Part shown: in pieces, positions 29,466 through 39,019 of the stretch | Numbering within the stretch: position 1 is the stretch's first letter | Layout of the letters: each line of letters begins with the position of its first letter | Virus record (IMG/VR): IMGVR_UViG_3300021963_007958 | Length of the DNA stretch: 64,000 bases | From: a virus | Reading direction: 5' to 3' (one strand) | Notes under the pieces: generated by a model | Database searches by the model: none | Seen by the model: the letters and a program-made list of their open reading frames with translations, nothing else | What the model was told of the DNA's origin: nothing | Translations under genes and position numbers: made by a program

Positions 29466-30257
29466 TTATTTTTTCCATTTAGGGTCAAACCAAAATCTTC
29501 TTCCGATGTTGTCCACTTCAGAAGACATTTCTTTATTTCCGTAGCACTTCATCCAGTCAGTCCAAGAACCAAGGGAAGTGTGAATCTCTAGACCTTGTGG
29601 GGTCTCCCAGGTGTAGAGATTTCCCCCTCCCAAGAGGTATGCTTGGTGGGGTATATCCCTACACAAGTTTAATAACATCTGTCCTTTAGGTCCTTGGATT
29701 GCATCTCTCGCAGGCTGGAAAGGATTTACATCTTGCAATCTGTGAACAATCTCTGCTCTCAGATAATTTCCGATTCCATTAAAATACTTTTGATTCATTA
29801 AAACCTCGTGGAGGGGCTTAGAGAATGCCGACTTATTAATATTGTCCATTACATTCTTAACAAATAAGTCATGCTCATTAACTGGGTCGGGACCTCTCTC
29901 CTTATTCCAATCATTAAATCCCCACTTCCCAAATCTTCTAACATCAACAAAAGAAAGAGTTGTCCCATCAGTTGCATCAAACATTAGATGAGAGTGTTTT
30001 GTCTCTTCCCCAAATGGGGTTAACTTAAAATACCCTGACATCCCCATTGTCATTAGAAGATGCTCAGTTCCTCCTTTGTGTTCCAGAAGAAGCTTAAATT
30101 CTTTTCCTCTGGAAACTGCAGAAATCTCAAATGTTTCTGGGTGGGGAAATAATTTTCCCTTGTGACTCGGATTCTTTCTGACTCTGGCGAAGGTTTTTCC
30201 TTTGCACATTTTATTGACGTAGTCAGCCGTCAATCTAACTTCAGCTAGTTCTGGCAT
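29466..30257 (-). CDS. nei: Fpg/Nei-family DNA glycosylase, NEIL1-like
   Basis: MPELAEV, RGKE, GMSG, FVDVRRFG, H2TH FNGIGNYLRAEI; no four-Cys zinc finger. Confidence 0.9.
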   Translation of the reverse strand: MPELAEVRLTADYVNKMCKGKTFARVRKNPSHKGKLFPHPETFEISAVSRGKEFKLLLEHKGGTEHLLMTMGMSGYFKLTPFGEETKHSHLMFDATDGTTLSFVDVRRFGKWGFNDWNKERGPDPVNEHDLFVKNVMDNINKSAFSKPLHEVLMNQKYFNGIGNYLRAEIVHRLQDVNPFQPARDAIQGPKGQMLLNLCRDIPHQAYLLGGGNLYTWETPQGLEIHTSLGSWTDWMKCYGNKEMSSEVDNIGRRFWFDPKWKK

Positions 30258-30283
30258 ATATTTCTTTAATAGAATATACGGTC

Positions 30284-31171
30284 TTACTCTGGAACTTTAT
30301 TGATAATTATTGGCTTTAGGGATTTATTTTCTAGCATATATTTAACACATGCAAGATCTCTTTCCCCGCAATCTACAATAATATCAATCTCCAAATTAAA
30401 TGTTGGGATCCTATAGTGAAGATAGTCCGAAGGAGATGGACTAGAAGGAACCCCAAACTCGTCGCTAGACTCTGGCTCAGAGTGAATAAAGACTGGTTTA
30501 ACCCCAACTGGCCAGGTAGAAGAACTCAGAAATAAAGCCTCTCTAGAAGTTAATCCTCCGTTATTAAATTGGTGCGGGAGAAATCTAAAACATATTGGGG
30601 TTTTAGTAGTATAAAAAACTCCAGAAAGTAAATCTGTGACAGAGAAAAGACTTGGCTTTTCATCGTTCATAACAACTAATCTAGACGAGACCTCTTCAGA
30701 AAGAGAAGAAACTTCGGAACAAAATCTAGAAAGAGTCTCTTTTCTATTTCCATATGCACTTCCAACTCTAATTAAAACTGAAGGTCCTTTCTGCCCAATC
30801 ATTTCCAGAAATTCTGAAATCTTCTTTAGGATGTCTTTAGTCTCTAGAACAACCTCTGGAAGTTGGCTTCCGAGAAAATGAGTTTTACCTAAGAAAAAGA
30901 AAATTCTAGATTCCTTGAAAGATAGAAAATTTGAAATGATGTCAATCTTCTCTTGCTCTAAAGAATCCTCCTCAATTCGAGAAAAATCTATATCTCTAAA
31001 GTCGACGTTTATGGTGTCGACGCAGGTGATGTGAATCCCCCTGTGAATATTAGAATTAATATGAAGTATAATAAAGTCTAAGAATCGACCCAAAGATTCA
31101 ATCTTTTTATCTTCCCAGGACTTCATAGAGCCCACATAGCCTATTCTATGAGCTGTTCTATTTAAAAGCAT
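30284..31171 (-). CDS. UV-damage endonuclease UvsE-like protein, degenerate active site
   Basis: VGSAYGNRKETLSRF, RLVVMNDEKPSLFSVTDLL and PICF..PHQFN follow the UvsE pattern; start placed at ATG 31171 just downstream of the promoter motif. Confidence 0.7.
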   Translation of the reverse strand: MLLNRTAHRIGYVGSMKSWEDKKIESLGRFLDFIILHINSNIHRGIHITCVDTINVDFRDIDFSRIEEDSLEQEKIDIISNFLSFKESRIFFFLGKTHFLGSQLPEVVLETKDILKKISEFLEMIGQKGPSVLIRVGSAYGNRKETLSRFCSEVSSLSEEVSSRLVVMNDEKPSLFSVTDLLSGVFYTTKTPICFRFLPHQFNNGGLTSREALFLSSSTWPVGVKPVFIHSEPESSDEFGVPSSPSPSDYLHYRIPTFNLEIDIIVDCGERDLACVKYMLENKSLKPIIINKVPE

Positions 31172-31216
31172 ATAAGTTATATGCAATCTCCAAGACGGAG
31201 TTTCAATAAAGTCGAA

Positions 31217-31702
31217 TTAAGATCCGTCTACCTGCTCTCCACCAACGTTATTGTTGTAGACATAAGGTGAGTTGTAGACTTCGCCATCCGCAGCATCCAT
31301 GTTAAATCTAGCTCCTTTTTGGTTAAATCCTTTATCTCCACCTTCTACGAATTTAATAGTGCTAGGAACAACTTCAACTACATCTTCTTCTTTTTTGTTC
31401 TTGGTTTTAATTTGGACAAAATATTTGTAGTTCTTATTGTCACTACTAAGAGCAGTTTTCACCACCATTCCAATAATCTTCTTCTTAGAGTTGATCGGTT
31501 TAGCAGAAACATAGTCTCCTACTTGGAACTGAGATCCTTTTCTGTATCTAGGAACATTAGGGTCGGGTCCAACTGTAACAGAAAGGTCCTTATAAGGTTT
31601 ATAGGTAACTTTGAATACGCCATTAGCTCCTCCGTATCCGTAAGTGTCACCAAAGACCCCAACGTCTTGGAAAAATTCATTTATAGGAATAATGTGCTTC
31701 AA
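31217..31702 (-). CDS. hypothetical protein (SH3/KOW-like segment)
   Basis: FQVGDYVSAK..IIGMVV; GATAAATA at 31721-31728. Confidence 0.55.
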   Translation of the reverse strand: MKHIIPINEFFQDVGVFGDTYGYGGANGVFKVTYKPYKDLSVTVGPDPNVPRYRKGSQFQVGDYVSAKPINSKKKIIGMVVKTALSSDNKNYKYFVQIKTKNKKEEDVVEVVPSTIKFVEGGDKGFNQKGARFNMDAADGEVYNSPYVYNNNVGGEQVDGS

Positions 31703-31719
31703 ATCGAGATTTATTTTCT

Positions 31720-32265
31720 CTATTTATCTAATTTCTTTTCTTTATTTTGAGAAATTAGATCTCTAATTTTAGTAGCCAACTCATATTCTTCATTTTTGAT
31801 GGCTTTTTCTAGCATTTCTTCCAAATTTACGAACTCTTTTCCATCCCCTTCGGGTTGAGAAATTTCTCCAATTAGACTTATTCTCTGGGGGGAGAAGATG
31901 ACTTCTATCTGGGGTTCCATTACAAACTTAAACTCTTCCGGATTTAAATCTTCAATCTCCTCGTCATCCATCTCCTCCGGATAGTGCATGTCAACATCCC
32001 AATCATCGCTGACCCAATAGATGATCCAATTACCATAGCTCAATTGAGGAATGTGATTTTCTATCGCATGTTTAAGAAGAGCCTTTAGCTCGTTTTTAAA
32101 ATCATTCTTAGTTAAGGTTTCACCAAATGGTTTTTTCTTTAGCCCGGGAATAATCTCGTTACCTGTTCCCGTTCCTAGTCTAAGAACTTTATTTATTTCC
32201 AAGATGGAATCCCAGTCTAAACTCTGGAGAACTTTGTCCATCAGCTTTGAATGCTCTTTCTTCAT
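31720..32265 (-). CDS. protein with C-terminal UVR (UvrB/UvrC) coiled-coil motif
   Basis: LEEMLEKAIKNEEYELATKIRDLI. Confidence 0.7.
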   Translation of the reverse strand: MKKEHSKLMDKVLQSLDWDSILEINKVLRLGTGTGNEIIPGLKKKPFGETLTKNDFKNELKALLKHAIENHIPQLSYGNWIIYWVSDDWDVDMHYPEEMDDEEIEDLNPEEFKFVMEPQIEVIFSPQRISLIGEISQPEGDGKEFVNLEEMLEKAIKNEEYELATKIRDLISQNKEKKLDK

Positions 32266-32281
32266 TTTCTTATATATTGAA

Positions 32282-32710
32282 TCAATCTTTCTCGATAGAT
32301 TTTAGCTGGATTGAAATCTCTTTAATCCAAGACTCATACTTCTGGGGGTAGAATTTCTTAAGGTCCGAAATCTCCCTTTTGGAAATTTCAAACCTTTTCA
32401 AGATGAAAGCTTCTGCATCTTCATAGTCTGAAAAATCTATCTTTTTATCTTCCTTACCTTCTTTCTTCTTAGTCTTCGTAAAGATCCAAGAAGGGGACTT
32501 TGAATAATAATTTGACATTGTCCCGTGCCACCAGTCGACCACGGGTGCGGGGGAAATCTTAGTATGGTTAAATTGATTGGCTTGAATTGGCCACTGGATA
32601 GACATGATTCTGTTGATCATAAAGAAGTTTCGAACTTTGTCGTTCTTACCTACTTCCTCCCAGTCTTTCTTCTTTTTAAAGATTGTTTTTATGACGTCGA
32701 ATAGTTCCAT
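32282..32710 (-). CDS. clamp loader small subunit (gp62-like)
   Basis: FFMINRIMS..ANQFN..W.FTK pattern; in the replication cluster with gp44. Confidence 0.55.
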   Translation of the reverse strand: MELFDVIKTIFKKKKDWEEVGKNDKVRNFFMINRIMSIQWPIQANQFNHTKISPAPVVDWWHGTMSNYYSKSPSWIFTKTKKKEGKEDKKIDFSDYEDAEAFILKRFEISKREISDLKKFYPQKYESWIKEISIQLKSIEKD

Positions 32711-33846
32711 TAAAAGTTAGCAAAAGGATCAAATGCCTTAGGAACCGATTGGGTTGTAGCCCATGAAGTTCCTTCTAATATCTTTACTCTGTCTATAGTG
32801 ATACTCTTCCTAGGGATTTCAATTCCACGGGAAACTTCACCATCACAATTAGTGATTACAAACTCCGGCATTACACTTCTGTCGAGCCACATTAGAGTAT
32901 AGTTTCTTAAAAGATTCTTTGTCACCTTCTCTCTGTTCTCTTTATTATCTACGTCTTTTAAAATTCTAAGAATAAATCCGGAAACCCAGGATAAGAAGTT
33001 TTGGTCTTGTAGCATGTCAATAAATCTAGAATCTTTCCATTCGGATTGATTAAGAGATTCAAGAATCTGTTCTGCTTTCTTGGGAGAAATCCCATTGAAC
33101 TTTCCATTGGGTGCTTGAACATACCAAACCCCGGGAACTGCATCACCTTTATCTCCAGTTAACATCTTATTGAAGACAAAGTCTCTTCTTCTTACTTCTT
33201 CTACGGTCACTTTCTTTAGGAACTCTTTAATCTTTTCCTTGTCCGGGGAAATTGCAGCTGTCATGTCGAAAATAGAAACAGATTCTGCCTTATTAACCCA
33301 GTTATCTTCCCATCCCGGAGGAACAGCTAAGATGTTATTCTTAGAATTATTGTTCCAGATGATAGTCCATCCTCTGTCATTGTGTCTAGCAAGCTGGTGC
33401 ATATCTTTATCACCGCTGATAATAATACAATTTTCACCAATCGAGTTGAAGTAGTCAGACCAATAGTAGAGAAGATCATCACCTTCTGCACCTTTTACTT
33501 TCGAAAATACAAATCCTTGATTCTCCAGTTGATGACCAAACTCTGTCATTAGATCAAAGAAGATTGTCCAGTCTACGGTTTCGTCTTTTACCCGGTTGGA
33601 CTTATATCCTCCGTCCTCGATTTCAACATCTTTTCTCCACGATCTGCTATCTGAGGTGAAGATCAATCTTCCACCTTGGGGAAGCAATTTGAGTCCAGCA
33701 CACAAGTCCGTAGCAACCTTACGGATGAACATTGCCTGTTCTCCGGGAGTACCGAGAACCTTAGAAGGGTCTTTTGCCCCGAATCCACCGAAGACTCCAA
33801 AGGTCTTATGGAAAATATAGTTTCCGTCTACAAGTATATTAATCAT
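32710..33846 (-). CDS. rnh: T4 RNase H-like 5'-3' exonuclease / flap endonuclease
   Basis: ILVDGN, SWRK, YKSNR, EGDD, SGDKDMHQL, LTGDKGDAVPG. Confidence 0.88.
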   Translation of the reverse strand: MINILVDGNYIFHKTFGVFGGFGAKDPSKVLGTPGEQAMFIRKVATDLCAGLKLLPQGGRLIFTSDSRSWRKDVEIEDGGYKSNRVKDETVDWTIFFDLMTEFGHQLENQGFVFSKVKGAEGDDLLYYWSDYFNSIGENCIIISGDKDMHQLARHNDRGWTIIWNNNSKNNILAVPPGWEDNWVNKAESVSIFDMTAAISPDKEKIKEFLKKVTVEEVRRRDFVFNKMLTGDKGDAVPGVWYVQAPNGKFNGISPKKAEQILESLNQSEWKDSRFIDMLQDQNFLSWVSGFILRILKDVDNKENREKVTKNLLRNYTLMWLDRSVMPEFVITNCDGEVSRGIEIPRKSITIDRVKILEGTSWATTQSVPKAFDPFANF

Positions 33847-34360
33847 TTTTTCTTATATAGAAATATACGTTCCCAATGTCTCCAATATCAGTAAAGTTTG
33901 GATCTTTTATTTCACAATCATAGTCAGTAAAATTTAGGAAATCTGCATAGTCTGCTTCCAGTCTTCTCTTGACATCATCAGCATCCCTTCTTCCTTCTAA
34001 CCTCTTTCTTCTGGTTTCCTCATCTATATTCAGATAAACAATTGTGGACTCTTCTCTGTCTTTCTTACTCAATTTTGCTATCCCGCCCGGGGTCATAATG
34101 AAAAGATTTGACCTGTTAAACTCGTCCATCGAAGTCCCATAAAACCAGTTATTAAAGAAAACCCCTTCATAAAAGTCTTCCGCCATTTCTGTTAATTTAG
34201 AACTTTCTATAAACCAATAATCCTTTCCATTCTCCTCCCCTTCTCTTATTGGCCGGGTGGTATGAGATATACAGTACTTAAATCCCTTTCCTACTAAAAT
34301 TTTTCTTAGATGATCCTTCCCGGATCCTCCCTTTCCTACTATAATTAATCTTTTTTTCAT
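33839..34360 (-). CDS. gmk: guanylate kinase-like
   Basis: GKGGSGKD, SHTTRPIREGEENGKDYWFI, WFYGT. Confidence 0.85.
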   Translation of the reverse strand: MKKRLIIVGKGGSGKDHLRKILVGKGFKYCISHTTRPIREGEENGKDYWFIESSKLTEMAEDFYEGVFFNNWFYGTSMDEFNRSNLFIMTPGGIAKLSKKDREESTIVYLNIDEETRRKRLEGRRDADDVKRRLEADYADFLNFTDYDCEIKDPNFTDIGDIGNVYFYIRKND

Positions 34361-34363
34361 TTT

Positions 34364-34708
34364 TTATTTCCAAAAGGTCTGAATTAAAATGATCAGAATG
34401 GATAGACCTATACAAACTCCATTCTTGACCGAAATATCCTCATTTAAAAATACGTGGGTTAAATAGGTAAAGACAAATATCCCCACGGAGAACTGAATTA
34501 GCCTATAAGACCAAGCACTTCCGAAAGACTCCATTCCATATTTTGCTGCAAAAACGAAAGCGAAAGAAACAAAAGATCCAAAGACTAGAACATTAACCCA
34601 AAGATTGTTTCTCATCCATTCGAATCTAGCTTGGGCAAATTGCTGAAACCAAGCTCCTGCTTGTCCTAGGATTATTAAAACAACAGACAGAATAGCTGCC
34701 TTATTCAT
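34364..34708 (-). CDS. small four-helix membrane protein (SMR/DMT-like)
   Basis: Four hydrophobic segments in 114 aa; FLNEDIS..NGVCIGL resembles a DMT C-terminus. Confidence 0.55.
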   Translation of the reverse strand: MNKAAILSVVLIILGQAGAWFQQFAQARFEWMRNNLWVNVLVFGSFVSFAFVFAAKYGMESFGSAWSYRLIQFSVGIFVFTYLTHVFLNEDISVKNGVCIGLSILIILIQTFWK

Positions 34709-35042
34709 CGTCTTCTTCCTCTAAAGATTCCTCGACAGTTTCTTCTGGTTGTTCCACCTCTATCTCGCTTTCCAGAAATTCAAACTTCTTCAAAGCTCTC
34801 TCTAGACTAGGGCAAGACCAAGCCCATTTTCCAAAGTCTTCATTAGCAGGAAAAATCTCCCTCTCATTTAATTGGATCCCAAATACAACTTTGGGTTGGT
34901 CGACTTTGATCTTAAAGACCTCATAGGCAGCAACATATCCGTCTTCCGAATCTGTTTGTTTATAGATTAGAGATTTAGTTCCTCTCTTTTCTAAAGTATA
35001 GAAGAAACCTTTTCTTCTGATTGTTTCTGGTAGTAGTTCCAT
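34701..35042 (-). CDS. hypothetical protein
   Basis: 113 aa ORF coupled to both neighbours. Confidence 0.6.
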   Translation of the reverse strand: MELLPETIRRKGFFYTLEKRGTKSLIYKQTDSEDGYVAAYEVFKIKVDQPKVVFGIQLNEREIFPANEDFGKWAWSCPSLERALKKFEFLESEIEVEQPEETVEESLEEEDDE

Positions 35043-35989
35043 TAGTCGACTAGTTTTTGAATTTGAAAAAATAAAGAAAGTAGAGAGACTACTGGGTCAA
35101 TTACTGTAGTTCTCTGAGATTGATGAGAAGCAACCAATACAATAGTGGCAGGGATAATCTTAGCCTTGTCTGGATGATTTTTTACTATCCAGTCGATGAA
35201 CTCTCCTCCTAAAGAAGTCATAACATCATCAACTTTAGTCGAGTATTGACCGACGAGGACCTGATAGTTATTTACAGGATCTTTGGAAGTCATTATCATC
35301 TTGTAAAGATCTTCATAAGACCAGTTTGCTTCCTTAACTTTGGCAAGATCTAGCTGGGTCACCCCTTCGATTGACCACGACTGGATTCTGTTTAAAGCTG
35401 ATCTAAAATCTGGAAAATAAGTCTTTTCAAATGCAGTCAAGGAATCGTCATCAATAGATATCCCAAGCTTTCCTAGAATCAATCTTACTCTGGATCTCCA
35501 TTCTTCCTTGATTAGTTCTTCTTCCTCTGAAGTTGAAGGGTCGAAATTAATGACCTCGAATCTACTTTGGATTGCATCTGGAACCTTATTAATATAATTG
35601 CACGTAGCAACGAATCTCGTGTTGCCTGCAAACTTTTCGATCGTTCCCCTTAGTGCTTTATAGAATTGATCTGAAGCTCCGTCAAACTCGTCTAAAATGA
35701 CTACCTTCTTGGAGGATTTTCCATCTAATACCGAGATATTAGAGCAGAAGTCGTTGATCTTGTTTCTGATCGTATCTACAGAACTTTCGTCGGATACGTT
35801 AATGAACATGTGAGGAAGATCCTTGGCTAGAATCTTAGCGAGAGTTGTTTTTCCGCATCCCGGAGAACCTGCTAGAAGGACGTTTTGATTCAGTCCTTTG
35901 TCTTCAAATAGAACACGGATTCTCGGTGGGAGGATCATGTGTCTTATTTCTTTAGGTCTTAATTTTTCTGTTAATAGATCTTGGATCAT
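35042..35989 (-). CDS. clamp loader AAA+ subunit (T4 gp44/RFC-like)
   Basis: EKLRP, GSPGCGKTT, ILDEFD, ATCNY, IQSRF, PDFR. Confidence 0.92.
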   Translation of the reverse strand: MIQDLLTEKLRPKEIRHMILPPRIRVLFEDKGLNQNVLLAGSPGCGKTTLAKILAKDLPHMFINVSDESSVDTIRNKINDFCSNISVLDGKSSKKVVILDEFDGASDQFYKALRGTIEKFAGNTRFVATCNYINKVPDAIQSRFEVINFDPSTSEEEELIKEEWRSRVRLILGKLGISIDDDSLTAFEKTYFPDFRSALNRIQSWSIEGVTQLDLAKVKEANWSYEDLYKMIMTSKDPVNNYQVLVGQYSTKVDDVMTSLGGEFIDWIVKNHPDKAKIIPATIVLVASHQSQRTTVIDPVVSLLSLFFQIQKLVD

Positions 35990-35997
35990 AGATGATG

Positions 35998-36026
35998 ATT
36001 ATAGTGTTCTGGGGGTCGTTAGTTTC
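35998..36026 (-). promoter_or_regulatory. putative GAAACT-N17-TATAAT promoter (clamp loader operon; representative site)
   Basis: Bipartite motif with conserved spacing at 7 gene starts. Confidence 0.7.
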
Positions 36027-36032
36027 TGATTT

Positions 36033-37373
36033 TTAGAACATCTTAGACATATCATCTGCCTGAGTCTTATCATTTCGAATCTCGATGAAGCGGGGTAAGA
36101 ATAAGCTACGTCCCCCGAATTTATCTGTGATTGGTTCGTTGTATTGAATTGCTGCAATCTTACCAATTAGAGAATCTGCATCTTGACTGAGTTCATGAAG
36201 GTCTTTATCAGTGAATCCAGATCCAATTCTAACCTCCAGAGTTCCACTGGCATCTTTACAGATGAATCCTCCAATGAATCCTTCTCTCTTTCCTTCTCCG
36301 GGAAACCATCCGGTAATCTCCAGGTCGCAGTCTTGAATCTGCTTTAGCTTCACCCAATTTCTGCTCCTTTTACACTCATAGACGTGATCTGCTGGCTTTA
36401 AAATAACTCCTTCCCCTCCCATTGAAACAATCAGTCCGTAGATCTTTTGAGTTTCCTCAATAGAATCTACTACCCATTGACGTGCCAGTTTTACTTTGGA
36501 ATCCTCTTTGAGGAACCCAAGTAGAAACTCGAGTTCTTGTCTTCTCTTGAGGAAAGGAACGTTGCCTTTTCCTATTTTTAATGTCTCCGATTTTTCGATG
36601 TCAAACACATTAAAGAGGAAATCTTTATCTATATCATTTGAAGCGGTGCCTTTTAGGATCTGAGTTACCTTACCAGATACAGATTTTCTATTTAGATCCG
36701 TTAATTCCCCGTCAAAAAAGACCTCGCTAGTTGTGTTAGAGTTGTGTAAAGCCTGAATCAGCTCGGACTCGATTCTAGAAAGTTTAGACTTGTCTAACTC
36801 ATTAAAAGCTCTAGTATAAAACTGAAATCCTTTTTCTCTGTCTCCTACTGCTATTACACGAACTCCATCATACTTTTCCTCGCAGTAGATTTTATCCCAT
36901 CCGGCTACTTCCTTCCGGTCATCAGAAGCTAGCATTACCGACGGATCGGGAATTAATTCTCTCCCTACCGCCTTGTTGATGAGTTTAGCCCCAATTCCAA
37001 TGTTCATTCTCTTTGTCAGAATCTTCATTAGAATTACTCTAAGAGCCATATCCTCAGCTAGATCTTTTTCATGTATGACGGAATTAATAAGAGCATTAGC
37101 TCTAGATCTCAAAGAGTCATTTGCAGCAGGAGCTTTTTTAAGATCCTCCACTAGAGACTTAAAAGTTTCAAACCCTGGAAATTCAGGGACATCTAGATTT
37201 TGAGATAACTCTAGCTTATGAAGTTTAGTTGTAATGAATGGATTAAAGCAGACATCTAAGATGTAAAGCATTTCCTCCGATAAATTCTCGGAAATTAATC
37301 TCTGTTTTTCTTTCTGGGATCCGTTTCCTTCCATGGATTCAACGGACAATAGGACTCTGAGTTCTTGTTTCAT
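36033..37373 (-). CDS. lig: ATP-dependent DNA ligase
   Basis: EEKYDGVR, FDGEL, EGVILK, WVKLK, GSGFTD, SLFLPRF..IRNDK. Confidence 0.93.
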   Translation of the reverse strand: MKQELRVLLSVESMEGNGSQKEKQRLISENLSEEMLYILDVCFNPFITTKLHKLELSQNLDVPEFPGFETFKSLVEDLKKAPAANDSLRSRANALINSVIHEKDLAEDMALRVILMKILTKRMNIGIGAKLINKAVGRELIPDPSVMLASDDRKEVAGWDKIYCEEKYDGVRVIAVGDREKGFQFYTRAFNELDKSKLSRIESELIQALHNSNTTSEVFFDGELTDLNRKSVSGKVTQILKGTASNDIDKDFLFNVFDIEKSETLKIGKGNVPFLKRRQELEFLLGFLKEDSKVKLARQWVVDSIEETQKIYGLIVSMGGEGVILKPADHVYECKRSRNWVKLKQIQDCDLEITGWFPGEGKREGFIGGFICKDASGTLEVRIGSGFTDKDLHELSQDADSLIGKIAAIQYNEPITDKFGGRSLFLPRFIEIRNDKTQADDMSKMF

Positions 37374-37396
37374 GTAGAATGTTTGTTATCTACATA

Positions 37397-37407
37397 AATA
37401 TACGGTC
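37397..37407 (-). promoter_or_regulatory. putative GACCGTATATT promoter element (ligase; representative site)
   Basis: Identical at 30273-30283 and nearly identical at 52025-52035. Confidence 0.6.
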
Positions 37408-37411
37408 TCGA

Positions 37412-39010
37412 TTATAGAGTGAATGATCCTCCCTCAGCTTCTCCCTCTTTTCCACCTTCTTTTTTAGCTTTTTCTGCTTCTTTTGCTTCGTCTTCTTTAT
37501 AGACTTTATTCTTATCAAATTCGTCTCTAGACAAAGGAAGGAATCTTCTAATCAAGAAATCCTTGTCGAAGTAAGGTTTTTCTTCCTCTCCAACTTTCAT
37601 CTTGATTTCTCCTAGTGAAGTAACAAAGTCGGTTGCTTTAGTTAGGTGAGCCAAATCTAAAAGCTTTGAGAATTGATTTTCGCTATAGTAATCTAAACCG
37701 AGATTCGCCTTGAAGCTTCTGTCTTTAGAAAGCTCGGGAAAGTCTAAACACATCTGAATATAAAGGGGTTTAACTACTATCTCCTGGAAAATAGATCTAA
37801 GTCTAGTTAAGAATTTTTCAAACCTAATTTCATCTCTTTCAAGCTGATCGATTGAGATTTGATAGTTAGCAGGAGTTGCTCCTCTACCTGCAAATCTCGC
37901 ATATGGGATTTTAGAATCTAGTTTTAGCTTGTTATAGAAATAAATTACATTTTCCATTACGTTAAAGTCCGGACCATTTGCGTTTAGAACATCAATTTGT
38001 GGGGACTGTCCATCTTTCTCAGGAAACAGATAATTCTTATAAAACTGTATCTTGGGTGTTCCGTTAACCAGAAGCTCACCCGATGTGTCGTTAATACTAA
38101 CCTCTTCCTTATAAGAAGACATTAACTGACCCAGAGTTTGCATTGCTTTCTGTTGAGATTGGGTTCCAACCGGAATGACAAATTTCAATCTATAAGAAGC
38201 ATTCATTACGTTCCAGATAACTCTGGTGTTCTCCATTACTCTTAAAATGTTGTAAGATCTGATAAGTCGTTCAACGTAGCTAACTCTAGAAATAGAATTT
38301 CCCTTAGCGTAAGAAATGTAGATGATCTGTTCAGACTTTAATTTTCTAGAAAGTTGAGAGTCTTTAGGATATTGAATCCAAATCTGTTCAAAGGATCCGT
38401 CGGGAGCTTTCTCCGTATGGGGTTGGAGTGAAGTTGGATCGAGTTCTTTAAACCCAACTATCTTTTTACCGTCTGTGGAATAAACAATTTCAAAAGCAAG
38501 AAATCCATCGATCAAGAACTGCTTAAAAAGCTGCCAAGCTAAGTTGTTCTGTTGGAATGCATAGAGCATGTAAATAGTTTTAAAGTTCTCGTGAACTTTA
38601 TCTATGATTTTATCCTTCAGATCTATGTTATTTAGAAGTGGCTGGCAGAAGAAGTTTTTATCGTCATAGTTAACTGCCTCGTCTGAGATGGTTTCTAGAA
38701 TGAAATCGATCTCTCCGTTCAGTGCAAACTTTCTTAAAAAGTCCCTTTTACCTAAATAGTCCTTATCGAAATAAGCAATATATTTTCTTATTCTTGTATC
38801 CTGGTATCCAAGAGTCCAATAAAAAGCACTATCGTTGGTGAACCCATTTCCCTCTTCTGAGAACATCTGAGATTCAGTTTGCCCAATAGTCTGAGAATTA
38901 CGAATGACCATGTCTTCGTATTGCATTCCAAATTTACCAATTCTACTCAGATTTTTGTAGAGCTGGGTAATGAATCTATTCTGTGGGTTTGAATCTAAAA
39001 ATCCTGCCAT
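37412..39010 (-). CDS. portal protein, copy 2 (T4 gp20-like)
   Basis: FLIDG, SYVERLIRSYNILRVMEN, IPYARF, RDEIRFEKFLTRLR (gp20 RDE+KF.KF+.RLR motif). Confidence 0.88.
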   Translation of the reverse strand: MAGFLDSNPQNRFITQLYKNLSRIGKFGMQYEDMVIRNSQTIGQTESQMFSEEGNGFTNDSAFYWTLGYQDTRIRKYIAYFDKDYLGKRDFLRKFALNGEIDFILETISDEAVNYDDKNFFCQPLLNNIDLKDKIIDKVHENFKTIYMLYAFQQNNLAWQLFKQFLIDGFLAFEIVYSTDGKKIVGFKELDPTSLQPHTEKAPDGSFEQIWIQYPKDSQLSRKLKSEQIIYISYAKGNSISRVSYVERLIRSYNILRVMENTRVIWNVMNASYRLKFVIPVGTQSQQKAMQTLGQLMSSYKEEVSINDTSGELLVNGTPKIQFYKNYLFPEKDGQSPQIDVLNANGPDFNVMENVIYFYNKLKLDSKIPYARFAGRGATPANYQISIDQLERDEIRFEKFLTRLRSIFQEIVVKPLYIQMCLDFPELSKDRSFKANLGLDYYSENQFSKLLDLAHLTKATDFVTSLGEIKMKVGEEEKPYFDKDFLIRRFLPLSRDEFDKNKVYKEDEAKEAEKAKKEGGKEGEAEGGSFTL

Positions 39011-39019
39011 TTATCTTTT

